Below are positions 1 to 12,586 of a stretch of DNA of 41,151 nt, piece by piece (the stretch's first letter is position 1; each line of letters starts with the position of its first letter). The DNA lies in assembly GCA_910592345.1 (NCBI GenBank), contig CAJVPI010000224.1, forward strand, positions 1 to 41,151, read 5' to 3'. Origin of the DNA: Paraglomus brasilianum. Taxonomy: Eukaryota. The position numbers and the translations under genes are program-made. The notes under the pieces are model-generated. The model had not been told where the DNA came from. It made no database searches and saw nothing but the letters and a program-made list of their open reading frames with translations.

Positions 1-1
1 A

Positions 2-163
2 GAATGTTGGAGGGAAGATCCTTACAAGCGACCAGTATGTAAGGACGTATACCAGCAATTGCTATTGTTATATGAAACACAAATTTACCAAAATCAAAAC
101 CGGACGATGACTGCTCTAGAATCAAGCTCTTCTCTAGCTGCACTCCCCTGTCGATCGGCGTAA
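2..163 (+). CDS. 3' end of a TKL-type protein kinase gene (partial, runs off the window start); paralog of the kinase ending at 6221
   Basis: Frame from base 2 reads ECWREDPYKRPVCKDVYQQLLLLYETQIYQNQNRTMTALESSSSLAALPCRSA* (TAA 161-163). This is kinase subdomain XI plus a tail nearly identical to the end of ORF 5730..6221. Confidence 0.85.
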   Translation, partial: ECWREDPYKRPVCKDVYQQLLLLYETQIYQNQNRTMTALESSSSLAALPCRSA

Positions 164-960
164 ACGACTCTTTCACTACTGTAGCAGGTTGGATCACATG
201 ATTAGAAACTACCCTGAATATCGCTACCGTCCTCGTCGTGTAATATAACTACTATAGACATCTGTATTCGATTTATTGTAATATAATATAACTATACAAT
301 AGAAACCTATATTCGTCAAATCAATGACTTCTCCGATCGATCCAGACGCTCATTGACGAAGGAAATTTAACTCGAGAATGTTTAGAAAAATTTTAGCCGC
401 GCCTTCAATAACAAGCCATTTATCTTATTTATTATCTTATTGATTGTCCGATCAATGTTAAGCCGTACTTAGTATTGAACTGAGCTGCAATTTCTGCTTG
501 CTTAAATAGCAAGTTATCTTTATGAAGGCACAAATTCTCGTTTAAGTCAGTCGCTGATAGCTGTCCGTTTTCCTGGGTTTTTAGACTTTTTTTTTTACTA
601 ATAGAGACAAGCTCAATTTTTTCTCACATGATGTGGGTTTCGTGGATTAATACTTGTATTTGGTTATGTATTAATTTCCAAAATGGATCCTTCGATTATA
701 TTTCGCTACCTGTGCGAATGGTACGTAAAATATGCTTGCTTGCGTAGTATTGAGTATATCTCTTTCAATAGCAGAATCCAAGTAATCCGAAGAACCGTAC
801 TCAATCATATTCACACGAACACTATCTCTTGATGTAGTGAATGGCTAACAACATCAAACTCAAGTACTTGGCGTAGCCTCAGTTTATTGACTTTAGTTCT
901 GCTTGATACTCTCTTGCCGAAGCACATAAGTCGTTGCCTAGTCAACGTCTCCCATATATC

Positions 961-1285
961 TTCAGCCTCGGTATGATATTATGGGCAATTTCCAGTGGGA
1001 CGATGTTATATGGAGGATGTAATAGTGGCTTCCATAATCTCCCTCTCCTGAAATACCTGTGTTAGAATGTTGGAGACAAAAACCTTATGAGTGACCATCA
1101 TGTATGGAAGATATTATGATACAGAAGCAGCATTGGTGAAATTAAATTTCTCTCTAAGTGCTTTGAATCTTCATAAGAATGAGATAGGCTTTAGAATCAA
1201 ACTTTTCTCTGACTTCTTTCCAAAAATAAGATTAGATATAGTATTGGCAGAAACTGTAAAATTAAATAGTTGCGTTAGAATTTGA
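961..1285 (+). pseudogene. Degenerate kinase C-lobe followed by an RI-type leucine-rich repeat remnant
   Basis: 961 reads FSLGMILWAISSG (subdomain IX; compare FSLGVMLWEISSG in the intact kinase). After a frameshift it reads LECWRQKPYE*PSC (subdomain XI with an in-frame TGA), then LRR-like EAALVKLNFSLSALNLHKNEIG. Confidence 0.7.
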
Positions 1286-1771
1286 ATATTTACGCGACTG
1301 AGAGAGAATAAAAGATTTCTTAAATAGACGCGTCAAATTTATCGCCTTCTATATTAATGCGCTCTTCGACTAAGGGTTATTATTAGTTGTTGTTCTAATA
1401 ATAGTTTCATTTTGTGCGTAAGCGTCTATCACTTGGTCGGTTAAAGTAAACTGGATAAGCCAGATTACGGAAGTTAGATTAATATCTAGTTGTAGATAAG
1501 CGGACGCTGGAGTATTATACCAAACAGGAAGGTTTGGTTTGATTATCGGTGCAATACTTGATTAGATAGTTTAGCACAACATTTGAGTGGGAGTTTGTGC
1601 CTTGGCAATAGGGGTACGTGTATAAAGAGCCGCCTGCAAATTTTAGCTACGCCTTAATTGACGCGAGCGTGTAAGTAAGATCACGTTTAGAGCTAAATTT
1701 TGATAACATTTCCCCGTCAAATTTGGACACAAACGCTCTCCCAGGCCCAACATAACAGCTGTCTGGCATCT

Positions 1772-1950
1772 TTAGATCTTTCTCAGGATAATATTGAAGA
1801 CAGGGGCAGCAGCATTGACAGAGGCTTTATATGCAAATTTCTCTTTGACTTCTTTGGATTTTAGATGGAAACAAGGGCTTTAGGTTTAAAGTTTACTCTG
1901 ACTTTTCTGGATCTGAGAGTTGGCGGCACAGGAGCAATGGCATTGTGCAC
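1772..1950 (+). pseudogene. Frameshifted RI/NLRC3-type LRR remnant
   Basis: Reads LDLSQDNIEDRG, then in another frame AAALTEALYANFSLTSLDFRW. Its 3' part aligns with 6816-6890. Confidence 0.55.
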
Positions 1951-2094
1951 TGAAAATCAACGTTTAATTCTTTTCTTCTGCAAGTGTGCTATCTTTTGCT
2001 GCTGACATAACGCTATAAGATTTGATAATTCTCCTTATGCGTCAGTCGTTGTGACAAGATGGTGAATGTCGCGCATTAAATCAGGTCCAAACAT
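1877..2094 (+). repeat. Segmental duplicate of 6817-7054, part of the tandemly duplicated kinase unit
   Basis: Shared blocks include GGCACAGGAGCAATGGCATTG, CGTTTAATTCTTTTCTTCTGCAAGTG, GACAAGATGGTGAAT and TTAAATCAGGT. Similarly, 641-748 matches 6506-6638. Confidence 0.85.
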
Positions 2095-3419
2095 AATTTC
2101 TGTGAACGCTGAGATATTTTTCAAATGCTCTAGTGTTTACACTAGTAGTGTCGGATGAATTAATGAATTCGCCGCCAACACCATTACGTGTATACGAGGT
2201 TTCAGCTTCACACTGAACAATACCACGTAGTAAAATAATAGTTTAAATTCTCTTAATATCAAAGTTTAAGATAATTACAAGTACTCGTGGGGGTAATATT
2301 ACTGACATACTCTTACCATTCCCGATTAGAGAGAAATGGTAAAGGTATAACCGGGTTGAGTGATGAATAATTTATAACTCTGCGTAGCATCGTACATTAT
2401 TCGTTCACTCTATATATTTAGTCTTGGTAATATCAAGAACGGGCTGGATACAACACTACAAATTCGTGCCTTATCGGGTAACTTTGTTCATCTAATTAAA
2501 ATAGTCGTTCGTGCATAGACTTATCAAATCGGGTCTGAGCCATATGCACAGGGCAACAGGACATACAGTATATAACCATGTCCAAAATGAATGCATTACC
2601 GGTAATATGATGGCATAGCATGGTATCGATATCATTTAATATTGAGTATATGTATTTTTATTCCATTTCTCTTATCGCAACCTATAACAGAAAATATTTT
2701 TCAAAGTATTCGACTTAAATATTTATGGATTTTATTTCGGACGCATAATCAAACTAGTGCCTAATTCATTTAATGTCAATATACGCGTATATCCTACGAC
2801 GAAGTTATAATATCGTTGCACAATGGAATAGTCGCAACGTCTAATTGTACATAAGTTCTGTCGCTATTACGGCCTTATTGCAATTCAAATAATTTGATCG
2901 AGTTTTTATTAGTGCATCAACCTATATAAATATTATGTAAGCGTAGGATTGTGCAAGTAGCATATTTCCTTTTACACACTTGTTCTCTCTGTGCATATCA
3001 AAAGATAGATTTTACTGATCTTGTAGGGCTAAAATTATCAATAAGAGACCGAACATGGTAAGGAGGCAAAACGAAATCTCGATTAAAAATTCGTTATCGA
3101 AACAATGTTTATTGAGGTTTCTTTCCAAAGCTCTTTCAATACGTTTTTGAAATGAGCATTCAGAACAAAATGCATAAAAACTAAGTTGCACGTAAATGCA
3201 TAAAAGACATTGTTTGACGGCAAAGTTTACGGGTCAATGCTAACAAAATTATGATACTTCTGAGTTAGTAAACATATTTCTTATAAGAATAATGTCAAAT
3301 TACCGAATTTCTCTGACTAAAGTACCCAGGGTACTTAATTCGGGGGTACTTTGATGGAGGGGATTATATCCGAATAATGTGCCGAGAATATATGGTAGAC
3401 TTCACTCAAGTACCTTATA

Positions 3420-4271
3420 CAGTCAACAACTCTGTTTATACCGGAAATGTATATACCGGAATCTCTTTATAACGGACGGACTGGTTCTTGCGCACCGTTC
3501 GTTTTATATGAAAATTCTTTTATAGCCGGAGTCTTTCCATATACCAGTTCCGGAAGGACACAGAGAGCATGCCAACCCGTCCGGTATAAGCAGAGTTGAC
3601 TGCTCTGTTTATAACGACCGATGCCTCATAACGACCGCATGTGCTTTGCCATTTTCAACTCTATCAAAATTGGCTTTTACACGTATAACACCAGTCTGGA
3701 TTTCGGATCCGATCGACTGGTTAAAATAAAAATTTCCATATAAATTATATTGTAAACCTTTTTTTCGGTAGTACATAGTACAGTCAATATTAACTTATAT
3801 ATATGTAGGTACTAATTTCTCCGCTTCTGGAATCAAGTGGCACTGAGAATCCATTATCTATTTACATTATCGTCATTTACTCGGAATTCGATACTACATT
3901 AAGAGAGTTTCTTTTGAGCGTAATAAGACACGAAAGGAATCGGTTTTAAAAGAAAATGCTTTTGAGAAAGAAACTGTTGACCTAAAAAATAAAGATTATA
4001 TTCATGATATAGAATGGAGCTGCAAAAAATTCCTTTTCTAATAAAGAGGAAGAGGAAAAGTTACATGCTAAGCACTTGAACAAATAGTAAAAGAATGTTA
4101 TTGCTAGCATAATAGTGATATTCTTGGAATATTTAACTCCATTGTTTATTAACGACCAAAATGTCATATAACATATTATGGTCTCTATATGGCTACTATG
4201 CGGCAAATAACGACCGCTGTTTATACGACCGATTTACTTTGCGAGGTGGTCGTTATAAAGAGAGTTGACTG
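3420..4271. mobile_element. Composite non-autonomous Tc1/mariner(pogo)-like element, TA-flanked, with a smaller related MITE (3420/3427-3602) in its left end
   Basis: TA at 3418-3419 and 4272-4273. The right end GGTCGTTATAAAGAGAGTTGACTG is the reverse complement, with 1 mismatch, of CAGTCAA (3420-3426) + CTCTGTTTATAACGACC (3603-3619). The intervening 176 bp match the MITE at 36975-37129. No transposase ORF is present. Confidence 0.8.
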
Positions 4272-4417
4272 TATATTAATATTGCAATAAAATTACCCCG
4301 GATATTTTACTTGCTGATCTGACACGTGAGAATTAGGTGTAACAAAACTAAACAATAAAAATTACTGTGCCATATTCACTTTTTGATGGTCTTTTGACTG
4401 AATTAGTATATATTAAT

Positions 4418-6221
4418 ATGTCGCTGCAAGAAATAGAAAAGTTCTGGTTTAGGCAAACAAGAGATTTAGAGTCCAAACAAGGTATCGCCAATTTAGCGAA
4501 ATCCAAACAACAGATTGGTATCGCCCATTTAGCGAAATCCAAAAACAGGTGCAACGACTCGAAGCAATTCGGCCACGAGCCGAATGGGGATTCGAAGCAA
4601 TTTGCGAAGCAATTCGCGAAGCAATTCAGCCACGACAATTTAGCTATTTAGACGAAATCCAAGAGTTAAAGAACCAGTTGCAACAACTCCGAGATGAACT
4701 TGTTACGGAAACATGTTTGAATCTAGATTTGCAAATGTATTACACAGACGAAATCCAAAAGTTAAATGAATGGGTGCAACGACTCCGAAATGAACTTACA
4801 AAGATAACAATGTCTGAATATGAAGCGAAGTGCAAAATTCAAAAGTTAACGGAACGGGTGCAACAACTCCGAAATGAACTTACTATTATTACAGAGTATT
4901 GCAATTCACTATACTTATCGCCTACTTCGAATCGGATTTCAGAAACACACCTTTATAATAGTTATAATAATAAAGAATGGCTGCGTAGAAGAATCGAAGA
5001 AGGTTTAATCGATTGTTGGTCGGAAAACGATATCAAATTGAGCAAAAGACCTATTGCCCATGGTGCGTACGGTGTAGTATTCAAAGGAACGATTGAGGCT
5101 TCCGGGACTACTGTTGCGGTGAAGACTTTAATCCCATCCATGTATCGTAATGATGACAACTTATTGTACGAAGCAATTGTTAAGGAGGTTTCTATCAGTT
5201 ATATATTTTATCTCTGCTATTACTGGCTACATATCAACGATTTCTTAATCTGATTTCTGTTAGCTTAAAAACCATAGAAAGGCTAATGACCATGTTAATA
5301 TTATCCAATTCTTAGGCCTGTATAAAGGTAAAGTATCCGTCATCACTTGTTGACTGACATCTCGATGTCATTATGAAACTATTATGTTTATCGCCCTTGT
5401 TATCATTGTAGACGAAGAAGATCATTATCATATGGTTTTCGAATATGCCAAAGAGGGAACGTTGCGTCAATACCTAATGAAATATTTTCCTACCTTGTCA
5501 TGGGAATGCAAATATGAATTGGGCTTGGGCATTGCAAGTGGTTTAACTCATTTACATGATCTGGATATAGTTCACAAAGATTTGGTAATGTGATTTTCCC
5601 GTATGTTTGTACTGTCGATATCAATTGCAATTATACATTTTAATGAAGTTATGACATTATGATTTATTTATCCAGTCCTCTTCGAACATTCTAATTCACA
5701 ATGGCATTGCTAAGATTACGGATTTTGGGTTGTCTACCATGCTGGCACAACTTCTTTCCGAATCAAGAGGTGAAGGCACTGCGGCGTATAGGGATCCAGT
5801 TTCATTCCGAGATCCTTCATATAGGCGTAAAAAAGAATCAGATGTTTTCAGCCTCGGTGTTATGTTATGGGAAATTTCTAGCGGCAAGGTGCCTTGTGAA
5901 GGCTGTAAATGTCATGAAGTACCTAAATATAGAGAGGAAGGTTTTCGGGACCCTCCTTCTTCTGAAGCATCTGAAACATATATTGGGCTTTATTCGGAAT
6001 GTTGGAAGGAAGATCCTTACAAGCGACCAGTATGTAGGGACGTATACCGGCAATTGATATTGTTATATGAAACATACAAAATACAAAGTTACCAAAATCA
6101 AAACCGGTCAATCGATGCTCTGGATCTCTCATGTAATATTGGCAATAAAGAAGCATCACCATTGGTGACTGCTCTGGAATCAAGCTCTTCTCTAGCTGCA
6201 CTCCCCTGTCGTTCAGCGTAA
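4418..6221 (+). CDS. Tyrosine-kinase-like protein kinase with N-terminal coiled-coil repeats; 4 exons; start uncertain (ATG 4418 is out of frame, first in-frame ATG is 4735)
   Basis: Exons end/run as ..5187, 5264-5327, 5412-5584 and 5676-6221, joined by GT-AG introns with consistent phases. Motifs: IAHGAYGVVF, VAVK, alphaC KE, HVNIIQFLG, MVFEYAKEGTL, HKDLSSSNIL, DFG, GTAAYRDP, SDVFSLGVMLWEI, CWKEDPYKRP. Length is 411 aa from ATG 4735. Confidence 0.85.
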
Positions 6222-6699
6222 CTTTCACTGCTTGCTAATGTCTATAGCAAGTTGGATCACATGATTTTCATTATGCGGTTGTTATAATTTTCAATCCCAT
6301 TTGTACCCCCTTTTAATTCGAATTTATTGTAAGCTAGTACCATATCGGCGAACGTCGATCAGGTACGTACTCAAACTATTCAGTCATGACGAAACACATT
6401 GACAGCATATACCTGGTGTATGCCAATAAATATATACATCCTATTGGATGAAATGGAAACAAGTCTTATTCTGGTGAACGTGGCAAATGGTTCATTGTTC
6501 TGCTCCGTGGATTAATATTCTTGTATAGTAAGTACGCTATCTCGTGCTCTTATCATACGATATTAATTCCCGAAACAGATTCCTTCAGTTATATTTCGCT
6601 ACTGGCGCGAGTGGTACGTAAAATATGCTTGCCGTAGTGTTGCATTGGTGTTCTAGAATTAAATTCCTCATTAGCTAATGTAAACTTCATTGGGACCAG

Positions 6700-6855
6700 A
6701 TTGCAGATGCAGAAGCAACAGCTCTGGCAAAGGCCTTAAAATCAAACCATTCTCTGAAGTCTTTAGATTTCTCTCGTACTAAGATTGGAGACAGTGAGAC
6801 AAAAGCATTAGCAAAGGCTTCAGGCTTAAAATACACTCTGATTTTCTGGATCTAA
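6700..6855 (+). pseudogene. RI/NLRC3-type LRR remnant downstream of the kinase stop codon
   Basis: Reads IADAEATALAKALKSNHSLKSLDFSRTK IGDSETKALAKASGLKYTL: one full 28-aa RI-class repeat plus a partial one. It has no start codon and frameshifts on both sides. Confidence 0.7.
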
Positions 6856-9399
6856 GTTGGAGGCACAGGAGCAATGGCATTGCGCACTGATTTCCGGTGA
6901 GTATACTTTAACCGTTTAATTCTTTTCTTCTGCAAGTGCGCTATCTTTCGCTGCCAACATAGTGTTATATATAGATAGCATTTGATGATTCTCCTTATTC
7001 GTCGATCGTTGCGACAAGATGGTGAATCTCATGCGTTAAATCAGGTACAAACATGTACGCATCGTCTGGTTCAATTCTAATCAGCAAACCAGTCGTCGTT
7101 GATTAACTATATATACTAGGTACAAGCGCATTGAATATATCTGACACTAAGCTCTTGTTAATATCTGTAATTGCTGCATCAGCTGCATAATAACACCTAT
7201 CTTCACGACAGTTTCTCCGCTCAATTAAGCCCAGCATCGATGGGTATAAATCCATCTTGTTTCCAATCTTTCGCCTTAACAATCTTCAAGCACATCCGAT
7301 CTGAAATTATTGGCAGTATTAGTTCTGTCATGTCACTCGTCTGTGGTTCAGTATATGGCCCTGTCAGCCTATTGCGATTGCTGTGTTGTATCAAATTGTC
7401 GAAATGGGATGTCGGGTTCGTATCGCGTTTCAGTTATACTTGCAAGCATCGTTCAATGAGCCTTTCATCCGTCCTTCTCGTGGAATTTTATCGGTCGGCA
7501 GAGACCAAAGGAAAGAAAATTAAAAATAAAGAGAAAAAAAAAATCAAACCCAGCCTTAATCCCATGATAAGCCATTTTAGCCCAAGTGAAATATAATATT
7601 ATGTCGAAAGGTCAAATGTTAATAGCGGAGTAGCAAATTCGGCTCCTTTTGCGAGAGCAATGAGATTAAGTGTTCTTATCACTAGCGGCTGTTTTGAATT
7701 ATTAGCAATGCCATACTTAAACCATTATTCAAACTTGGGCTTCAGCTACTTTTATAATAACATAGTCTAAAACCTTAAATATCCGACGAAGAATCCAGTT
7801 AGACTGTCATCTGACCCCTTTGCGTTCCAATCCAATCCAACCCGAATACATCTCATAAAGTTGCGATTGCCATTCTTCTGGCCTCTTCGCTACGATTTAT
7901 TGGTCGTTGGTAAAATTTGAGTTCGATTAAAGTATGCAATAGCTTTCAGGTTGAATCATTGCTTGCTATGCTGTATACCTGGTCAAACGGATTCGAATGC
8001 AATCGAATACATCCGATAAATTTCACCTTTCATTTGACATCTGAACCTTGTATTCATCAGAACACCTTTTGTCGTATATTCGAAATTGCCCGTAACGTTC
8101 GGAATCAGACCTGTTGATTTTGGGATAATTCAAATTCAATTGAATAGATACCAGCATTTTCTGATTGAAAATTGTTCGATTTCCCTTATTGTACGTTGTC
8201 GTTCACCAGGCGGCCGTTGAAAGAGATCCTGCGAGGCCTCTCCATACGATGTTTGCCATTAAGTATATTCAAAAGTTCAGACGGTCCCTGTGTCGCATAC
8301 TGTGGGTATCATATAAATTACGGTTGGCATAATAATAATCAATTGCAATTGGCATGCCCAAATGTCAGCAAGCACGAATGGGTCCAATTTACTTCATTCT
8401 TGATTAGACGTTTGACGTGCGGTTTTTCAAACTAAACTAGAATACAATAATAATCTTACAATTATTCTATGCTCTTCAAACTGTTCTGAAATATCAAAGT
8501 ACTGACTCATGCGTTTTCGATTGTTACTATTAATATGACATTGATGATGGGAGATGATTAATATACAATAGTTCTCAAGAGTGTAGCATTTGAGATAATT
8601 TATAACTTATCCATACAAATTGCTCTTCATAACTTGTCACTACTTTTCATTAAATACGTTTCAGCCGGATTTATGACTTCCCCAGTCACCTTTTCTTGCG
8701 TGGAATGAACGATCTCCTGTTGTCAATTTGTTCGCGTCAGATGTCTAGCTTGTAATCAATCGTAGGTATAAATTTTAGACTTACGTTTCTCTGAAACTTT
8801 CAATTTTTCGAGGCAAAGTTGGATAACCGGGATATTGATGTGTACATATGTTAAAGGGTGCTTGCTGTGGATGGTTGTTGCCAGTGGTAATTCTACATGT
8901 CGGAAATATAATTAGCTATCTCGTTGCTAATGATAATAGACAAGTTTAATAATTGACTTATGAACATGCCTTTTCGCTATCATCTCCATCTGTTATTCAG
9001 ATAACTGTTCATTTTTCCTGGAGTCTCAGTGGTACTTAGAATGTTGGCAGGCTCAGGTACAAACGAAAATTCGATTCTGCATTATCATTACTATGTCAAA
9101 TTGATATTAGAAATGAGCTTACAGTTATCAACTCCGATACGGTATACAACAAATATTCTTACATCGTTCACAGAGCCATGCGTTCGTCCGTTGGTTTGTA
9201 TAGCCTTCATTTCCTCATTTTGCGTCTACTCCGTTAGAAACAGGTCCTTTATAAAATGGTTATTCAGATTCAGCGTTGGCAAAAGATATGACTTTAGACT
9301 TGAATCAAGACTAATAACATAACAAAATTGTAAATTGGTATTGAATAGGCTAAACGATATAATATTATAAAAGCATCGTACCACAACATTGATAATTAC

Positions 9400-9790
9400 C
9401 AGATCTTTATGTAAAATATCAAGCTAGTTATGCCGTAACCTAAGCCACTCGATACTTACCCTCACTCACTCCGAGAAATCGAACGATGTTGAGGTGGTCA
9501 TCAACCATGCGATGAATCTGCAGCTAATGTGTAAGTGTATGATTTAAGTAAACAATCAATAATATCCAAACATAAACATTATCATTATAATTACCAACCT
9601 CTTTCACAAAGTTTTCGAATTCATCATTTTGTGAAGGAATAAGCTTGTATGCCACCGTTCTGCCAAGTGTCTTCGCTTCCGCTTTGAAAACTACACCATA
9701 CGCTCCAGCACAGCGTGTTAATAAAGTCATCGAAAGAGTAAAACCGGATGTAACCATTCTTTATCAAAGACAACCGAGGCCATGTTTGTT
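9400..9790 (-). pseudogene. Degenerate TKL kinase paralog on the minus strand
   Basis: GAYGVVFKAEAKTLGRTVAYK...FVKE is followed by a GT..AG intron (9598-9524) and a 64-bp exon (9523-9460, LQIHRMVDDHLNIVRFLGVSE), the same length as exon 5264-5327. After a deletion comes DILHKDL|gta (9420-9400). No intact C-lobe was seen. Confidence 0.75.
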
Positions 9791-12586
9791 GCTGGTTTCG
9801 CAACAAGTTTGCATAGTCTGAGTGTACATGCACTGACACCTTGTAAGTTCATCCCATTCATCACCAAAACTATCATCAATAAACTATCTAACTTACCAAG
9901 TAGATCAAATATTCCAATGGCTTCCTGATAATCTACGACATGATAAAAAGAATTAGATCAAATAAAGTAGTTTTATAACCTATCTCATTGGTGCTAACAT
10001 TAAATCCTACCCAGACACCACATATGTGAAGTAATAAGTATTATTTCGATAAGGCACCTATTGATTTGGCATAAAGACAACAAACGATGACTTCCAATGA
10101 TAGTTGAGATATATCAGTACAGGTAGACATAAAACCTTCCACCAATCTTGGATGTCAAAATAACATTTTCGGATACCTGCATCTAATTTACGATCTTGTA
10201 ATCTTTTTGTAGTGAGTGCAAGTATCAAAAATAGTCCTGCTTTAATCTATACTTCACACAACCGTCCAACATTTATTTTCACTCACCTATTGTAGGTACT
10301 TTGAGCGATCTCTCAGTTGCCTGTTCGCGTGGTGCTGTTGGAAGTGCGAACATTTCACTTCAGTAGAGTTCTCTAAGCATTATTTTCCATTAACATCAAG
10401 GTCCAAGGTAGGGCAGAGGTGGAATTGAATAACGCGTACATTTTACGCATATCCTTGGGTACGACACGGTTATATGAAACCGAATGTCGTTTACGAAAAC
10501 GGCCTTTCTGCTGCGTGGGATAATTGTTCCCGGAATAGAATGTGTTGTGGTACAATAAGAATTTCGACATGACATGTGGGGAGCACGGTCCCATATTCCA
10601 GTATTTGCATTGCTTAACGTTTCAACTCTACCGAACTGTGCGACTGTTTACTAATCACATTCTATCATTAGCATTACAATTTGAGCTCGACATTCCTTAA
10701 TTTAGCCCTGTCAATTCTCATGTGACAATAGTTAGTCAAGTTTGTTAGTCACACCGTATAGGAAGTGCCCTCAGTTTCATTCTCAATCGTCCTCGTTCTT
10801 TAAGCTAGTCTTTGGTTCTATTTTATACTCGACAATATTTGGGCAATTAAACCTATTTGCAAGTTGCTCTCACTCATATGGTATTCGAAATGTTACTTTA
10901 TTATAAACATTGACGCGATCAACCATATGATATCAGTATCCATATTAATACACAGTATGCTATTAATTGCTAATTAACTTAATATCTAGCTAATTTCAAG
11001 GGTTACCACACAAACTAGTGTAACAAGATTAATGTTTAATAACTATATTTGTTGCGTAATTCTTGTGTAAAAAACTAGTAACAAATATTTGTCATTTACT
11101 TAAATATTGCATTTATGTACTGCTTCCTACTTAATAGCTTTTAAGCTTGCAAGTACGCAAGGCTTTCAACTGCATATTTGAAATGTAAGTTGCCACCAAA
11201 TTTCATTCTGCAAATGGAGACTCATTAATGATGATCGTAATAACTGGAAATTCGAAAGCACATGGACAGCATGTTGACACCTAGTCGAATTTATGTACTA
11301 TGTGTTCAATATTTATTATTTAGAATTGCTTTTTTAGTCAGTACATAGAAGGGAGGTGGCCGTGCAGATTGTATATCGGATGGTTACGTCATTGTTCATG
11401 TCTGTTTGTAGGTTTGTCTCCCCAATCTACTTATATTGATCGCGATACTATGAACGGATGTCCAAATCCGTTCATATCATAAAAATAAAGGGTCAAGGGA
11501 AAAAAAAAGGGGGTGGGGGTGGGAAGAGGAACGGCAAACAAAAGATTTGAAAAAAACAGTTATATTCTCAGTAAAAGTACTGTATTTTCTACAGAGACAA
11601 AATAATATACCAAGTCATTTACCGGAAATCGCACAGTTTCGGCTTTCTTACCTGCCATGGTTTAAATGCATGCACTATTACTATCCACCGACGATCGGGT
11701 CCGTCCATCGCAGTGTTCATAATTACGAAAGATTAGTATTGGCAAATTACGATCGATCAATCGCAACCGTGTTACCATGATCCGTGAACGGAACAACTTA
11801 GTTTTGTATGCTAAAAGTTTATTTTCCAACAACCCACAGCCACATGTTAACACAGCAATATCCTTGCAATTTTTATTCGTTCCCGTTTTATCGTTTCAAT
11901 ATTCGACATTCATTTTCAGGTGTGTCGATGAGAAGCATTGTGGGAAGAATTAATTCGGTCCCATTTGTCCTTAATATAGAACGTTCGCTTAGCTAATCCT
12001 TAGATAAGCAAAGAATCGAGAAAAATACCAATTGCGAATTTGTGATAATTCGAGTCTAGCTTTATTATCATTCTTTCTGTGTGTTTCTTAGGAGGCTTGG
12101 ATGTATCATATGATAGAAGAAGAAGAAACATTTTCAACTGTAAACGAGATTTATATCAACCCAAATATATTTTTACACATAAAAGTCAAACATCGTGGTC
12201 AGCGAAAAAGGAGGAAGGGTGGGTAAACGTGCCCCAAACCGCCAAGCCCTATCATACACCTGACCGAATATGTCGTTTATTTTCGGTTTCTCTTTAAACA
12301 AGAGTAGAAACAAGTGTTATCATGCATTAAGTATCTACTACTATTGCTATTATTTATAACATGTATTATAATTATTTACTTACCAATCATGTTCGGATCC
12401 AGTTTTTACCCGATATTGCTGAAAATTAATTACGCAAATGAGAGCTTATGCAAAAAAAGCTGTAGATCTTGCCGCTTATCCCGGATGCGCACATGACGAT
12501 AACCTTTTCTTTGGTTATTTATCCTCCCCTCCCCCTCCTATAAAAAAGGCGTTTACCCGCTATTCCATATTTTTATTCAACTCACA

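Noticed and set aside
7100..9350. Possible decayed C-terminal domains of the minus-strand kinase, and + strand ORFs 7171, 7917, 8172 and 9029
   Set aside because: I could not reconstruct a recognisable domain; the + strand ORFs lack motifs and mostly use non-ATG starts.
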